Source: Candidatus Borrarchaeum weybense
Lineage (GTDB): Archaea > Asgardarchaeota > Sifarchaeia > Borrarchaeales > Borrarchaeaceae
Length of the DNA: 64,000 nt
Reading direction: 5' to 3'
Assembly: GCA_019057385.1 (NCBI GenBank)
Contig: JAHQJS010000004.1
Location: forward strand, 256,001 to 320,000
Shown: one piece after another, positions 61,235 to 64,000 of the stretch
Numbering within the stretch: the stretch's first letter is position 1
Layout: each line of letters begins with the position of its first letter
Program-made: the position numbers and the translations under genes
The notes under the pieces: model-generated
The model's database searches: none
Told to the model about the DNA's origin: nothing
The model's input: only the letters and a program-made list of their open reading frames with translations

Positions 61235-62197
61235 TTGCAAAAGCATTTAGCGGTGAACGATTTGGCAAACTATGATGAGCTTGAAGTTGTAGAGATGTTA
61301 GAAAAAGTAAGCCTTAGTGTGGTGAATATAGGTACCCTAAAACTTATGCAACGCAATTTCTATCAAGCGGTACCCGTTCGAGGAGCGGGATCAGGCATCA
61401 TAATAGAAGAAGACGGACTGATTTTAACAAATAGACACGTTATTGAAGGTGCTAAGGAGATCGCGATAGCATTTACAGATGGAAGTGTAGTAAAGGGCAT
61501 TATCATTGGCGGTTGCACAACCCATGATATCGCTGTGATCCAAGTTGAGAAAAAAGATCTCCCTGTCGCTGAATTGGGAGATTCAGAAAAAATGCGTGTG
61601 GGTCAAAGAGTTTATGCAATTGGTAATCCATTAGGGCTTGTAGGAGGACCCTCTGTCACTTTTGGAGTTGTAAGTGCGCTGAACCGAACTATTAAAACAC
61701 AAAAAGGCATGATTGAAGGTCTCCTCCAGACCGACGCGGCTATTAACCCAGGTAACAGCGGTGGTGCATTGGTTGACATACAAGGAAATATTATCGGTGT
61801 CAACACCGCAATTATTCCCTTTGCCCAGGGCATCGGCTTCGCAATCCCCATGAATATAGCTAAACAATGTAGCACCGAAATTGTTGCCAATGGAGCTCAT
61901 ACAAAAGCCTTTCTAGGTATCAGTGGATTAACTTTAACAAAAGAAGTAGCAGCTTATTATGGTTTCCCAACAGAACAGGGCGTTTTTCTCGCACAAGTTG
62001 GCAGAGGAAGTCCTGCAGAAAAGGCTGGAATAATTCCTGGCGACATTGTTCTCGAATTTAATTGAAAAGAAATAAATACGGCTGAAGAATTAGTAGCTGA
62101 AATCGAGAAAATAAATCCTGGGGATAAAGTGGAAATAGTAATTCTTCGCCAGGCTAAGAAACGAACTGTTTCAGTAATTCTAGAAGCAACGCCATGA
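61235..62197 (+). pseudogene. htrA: HtrA/DegP-type trypsin-like protease + PDZ, with in-frame TGA at 62063-62065
   Basis: TNRHVI, DIAV, GNP.G, QTDAAINPGNSGG; PDZ continues in frame after the TGA for 43 codons. Confidence 0.82.
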
Positions 62198-62308
62198 AAT
62201 AGCAAAAACGCGACTATTTTGTGGAACGTTCCATATCTTTTTATTTTTTTTCCCAATATGTCCGCAAGATATTTTCTTATGTTATTGCTTTGTTAATTCT
62301 ATGCAAGG

Positions 62309-63286
62309 ATGTTGAGGCACTTGTCTGTTGACGAAGGATTAGTAAAAGAACTTGCAGGAAAGTACAGATATCTTAAATATATGATAAAGCGTTATTTGGA
62401 AATGTTTGGGAAAGAAGAAACCGTACAGTTTCTTGAAGCAAATGAACAACGATTAATGCCTACCTTGCGCTGCAATACGCTACGTATTGATGAAGAGGAT
62501 TTTGTTAACTTATTTACTAAGAAAGGCTTTATTCTTGAAAAAATTCCTCGTATCGCATATGGTTATAGAGTTTTCAAAATCCCCTTTCCTTTAGGGGCTA
62601 CAAATGAATATCTACTAGGTTTTTATTTTCTACAATCCGAAGCTTCTATGATTCCTGTTCAGGTTCTTGATCCAAAACCAGGCGAGATTGTAATTGATTT
62701 AGCTGCCGCGCCAGGCGCAAAAACCACCCAGATTGCTCAATTTATGAAAAATAAAGGAGTTATTATTGGTATTGACATTAATCGAAAGCGTACTAAAAGT
62801 CTTCGATCAAACCTGTCTCGATGTGGTGTATATAATGCATTGATTATTCGTATGGATGGTCGTCAAATATCTGGTCTTGGTATACAAGCCGACAAAGTAT
62901 TATTGGACGCACCGTGTACTGGTGAAGGACTTATTCCTCGTGATCCTACACGAAAGACAAGTCGTGAATTAAAAGATATATTGTATGTCTCTGAATTGCA
63001 AAAAAGTCTTATAGATGCCGCAGTAGCCTGTTTAAAACCAGGTGGAAGTCTAGTCTATTCGACATGTGCAATTGCGCCTGAAGAAAATGAGTTTGTGATA
63101 GATCATGCACTCAAGAATGAAGATATTCATGTTAGAAAGATGGATTTTAATGGAGGATCCCCTGCCTTTTCTGATGTAATATTCGAAACAACGCTTCATC
63201 CTTCAATCAAAGAAGCGCGAAGACTTTATCCTCATAAAGATGGAACTGAAGGGTTTTTTATTTGCAAACTTCAAAAGGATAGCTGA
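62309..63286 (+). CDS. RsmB/NOP2 family RNA m5C methyltransferase
   Basis: DLAAAPGAKT, LLDAPCTGEG, YSTC, EENE, EGFF. Confidence 0.95.
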   Translation: MLRHLSVDEGLVKELAGKYRYLKYMIKRYLEMFGKEETVQFLEANEQRLMPTLRCNTLRIDEEDFVNLFTKKGFILEKIPRIAYGYRVFKIPFPLGATNEYLLGFYFLQSEASMIPVQVLDPKPGEIVIDLAAAPGAKTTQIAQFMKNKGVIIGIDINRKRTKSLRSNLSRCGVYNALIIRMDGRQISGLGIQADKVLLDAPCTGEGLIPRDPTRKTSRELKDILYVSELQKSLIDAAVACLKPGGSLVYSTCAIAPEENEFVIDHALKNEDIHVRKMDFNGGSPAFSDVIFETTLHPSIKEARRLYPHKDGTEGFFICKLQKDS

Positions 63287-63290
63287 AAAA

Positions 63291-63833
63291 ATGATTAAGT
63301 TTCGACTTTCAACTCACGAAGAACTCAAGTTTATTCAAAATGCTATTGATAACCTATTTGGCGAAAAAATTGCAGAGAAGTTTATTCAGAATAAACATCT
63401 CATCATCGGAGAAGGAAAGTGGAAAGAAATCTTTTTAGTATCTGACAGAATGATTACGATTTTAGAAGCGATAGCTGATAAAAAGCAGCCGTACTCTATA
63501 GGGATGCAAATAGGAGAGCTAGACAAAAACAAAAAATTTAAATTGAGTCTCGAAGCCGTTTTTGAGATAGTGAAATTTACTTCGCATAAAATTCAACTAA
63601 CCGCAAAAGGAGCACAAACTATTCTCTATGGAAGAAATATTTCCTTTTCTGCAGTTGATAAAATATGTTATAAAGCAAGAAAAGGTGATTATGCCATCCT
63701 TCTTGATGAAAACGGCTTTCCAATAGGGCTTGGTAAAATCCTCCATGATTTTGCGAAAATGCAACGAAATCGATTTAAAATATGTATAAAGAATATGATA
63801 GATCTTGGATGGTATCTAAGAAAAGGAGAATAG
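63291..63833 (+). CDS. NIP7-like ribosome biogenesis protein (PUA domain)
   Basis: PYSIG..IG, ILYGRNI, DLGWYLRKG; ATG at 63291 lies 4 nt after the Nop2 stop. Confidence 0.85.
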   Translation: MIKFRLSTHEELKFIQNAIDNLFGEKIAEKFIQNKHLIIGEGKWKEIFLVSDRMITILEAIADKKQPYSIGMQIGELDKNKKFKLSLEAVFEIVKFTSHKIQLTAKGAQTILYGRNISFSAVDKICYKARKGDYAILLDENGFPIGLGKILHDFAKMQRNRFKICIKNMIDLGWYLRKGE

Positions 63834-63851
63834 ACAATAAGGGTGTTAAAA

Positions 63852-64000
63852 GTCAATCACCCCCTCACTTGTGAGGGGGCTTGTTCCGTGAGGAACAAGA
63901 GTAATTGGTTGATTAGCCTAAGAGAGGTCGTGGTGGAACACACATGACGGTATCTACGTTATCAGGAGAGTTAAAGAACACACCAAGGGATGCTTCTCTA
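63852..64000 (+). ncRNA. IscB/IsrB-type omega-RNA (HEARO-like), 5' part; end of an IS200/IS605 element running out of the window
   Basis: GTCAATCACC start, hairpin CCCCCTCAC-TT-GTGAGGGGG, CTTGTTCC-GTGA-GGAACAAG, GTTGATTAGCCTAAG, CTACGTT, GGATGCTTCTCTA. Confidence 0.82.

Noticed and set aside
62194-62233. Possible SECIS after htrA (ATGA...AAAAA...GA hairpin and TGGAACGTTCCA palindrome)
   Set aside because: The stem between ATGA and GA is too short for a SECIS, and the TGA aligns with Gly rather than Cys
1-64000. Genome-wide stop-codon reassignment (TGA=Gly or TAG=sense)
   Set aside because: Many complete genes end normally in TGA (e.g. 1633, 36108, 63286) or TAG (e.g. 2804, 44486, 63833)
1-64000. 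tRNA, rRNA, C/D-box sRNA or CRISPR arrays
   Set aside because: No cloverleaf, rRNA-like segment, complete C/D box set or regularly spaced repeats were seen by eye; small RNAs could have been missed

Overview
AT-rich DNA from an archaeon. Evidence for this is the Nop2/RsmB plus NIP7-type PUA gene pair, DUF354 and DUF1616 genes, GGAGG/GGTGA Shine-Dalgarno motifs and poly-T terminators. An Asgard or Bathyarchaeia-like origin is plausible but cannot be proven from this window. Bases 1-36 kb are a large, mixed-orientation surface-glycosylation cluster: 7 GT4-type (one partial), 5 GT2, about 7 polytopic GT-C-like membrane proteins, a Wzx flippase, an NDP-sugar epimerase and several unknown membrane proteins. 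Bases 36-50 kb hold korAB, rhodanese, a ferritin-like/VIT1 fusion, a nitrilase-family hydrolase, toxin-antitoxin genes, a thioredoxin-NHL protein, an orphan hypC, a GNAT and hypotheticals. Bases 50-64 kb carry three different IS200/IS605 (OMEGA) relics with no TnpA. (i) A protein-free TnpB omega-RNA/right-end mini-element in the 3' end of a methyltransferase gene; it is flanked by a 9-bp duplication and has displaced the original C-terminus into its own guide position. (ii) A Zn-finger-less TnpB-related gene with an in-frame TAG, next to HEPN/Abi-like genes inside a segment bracketed by a 12-bp direct repeat. (iii) The 5' part of an IscB/HEARO-type omega-RNA at the window end. Also present are an unannotated 37-aa desulforedoxin and an HtrA gene interrupted by an in-frame TGA. 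No rRNA, tRNA or CRISPR array was seen. All family assignments come from motif recognition by eye, not database searches.
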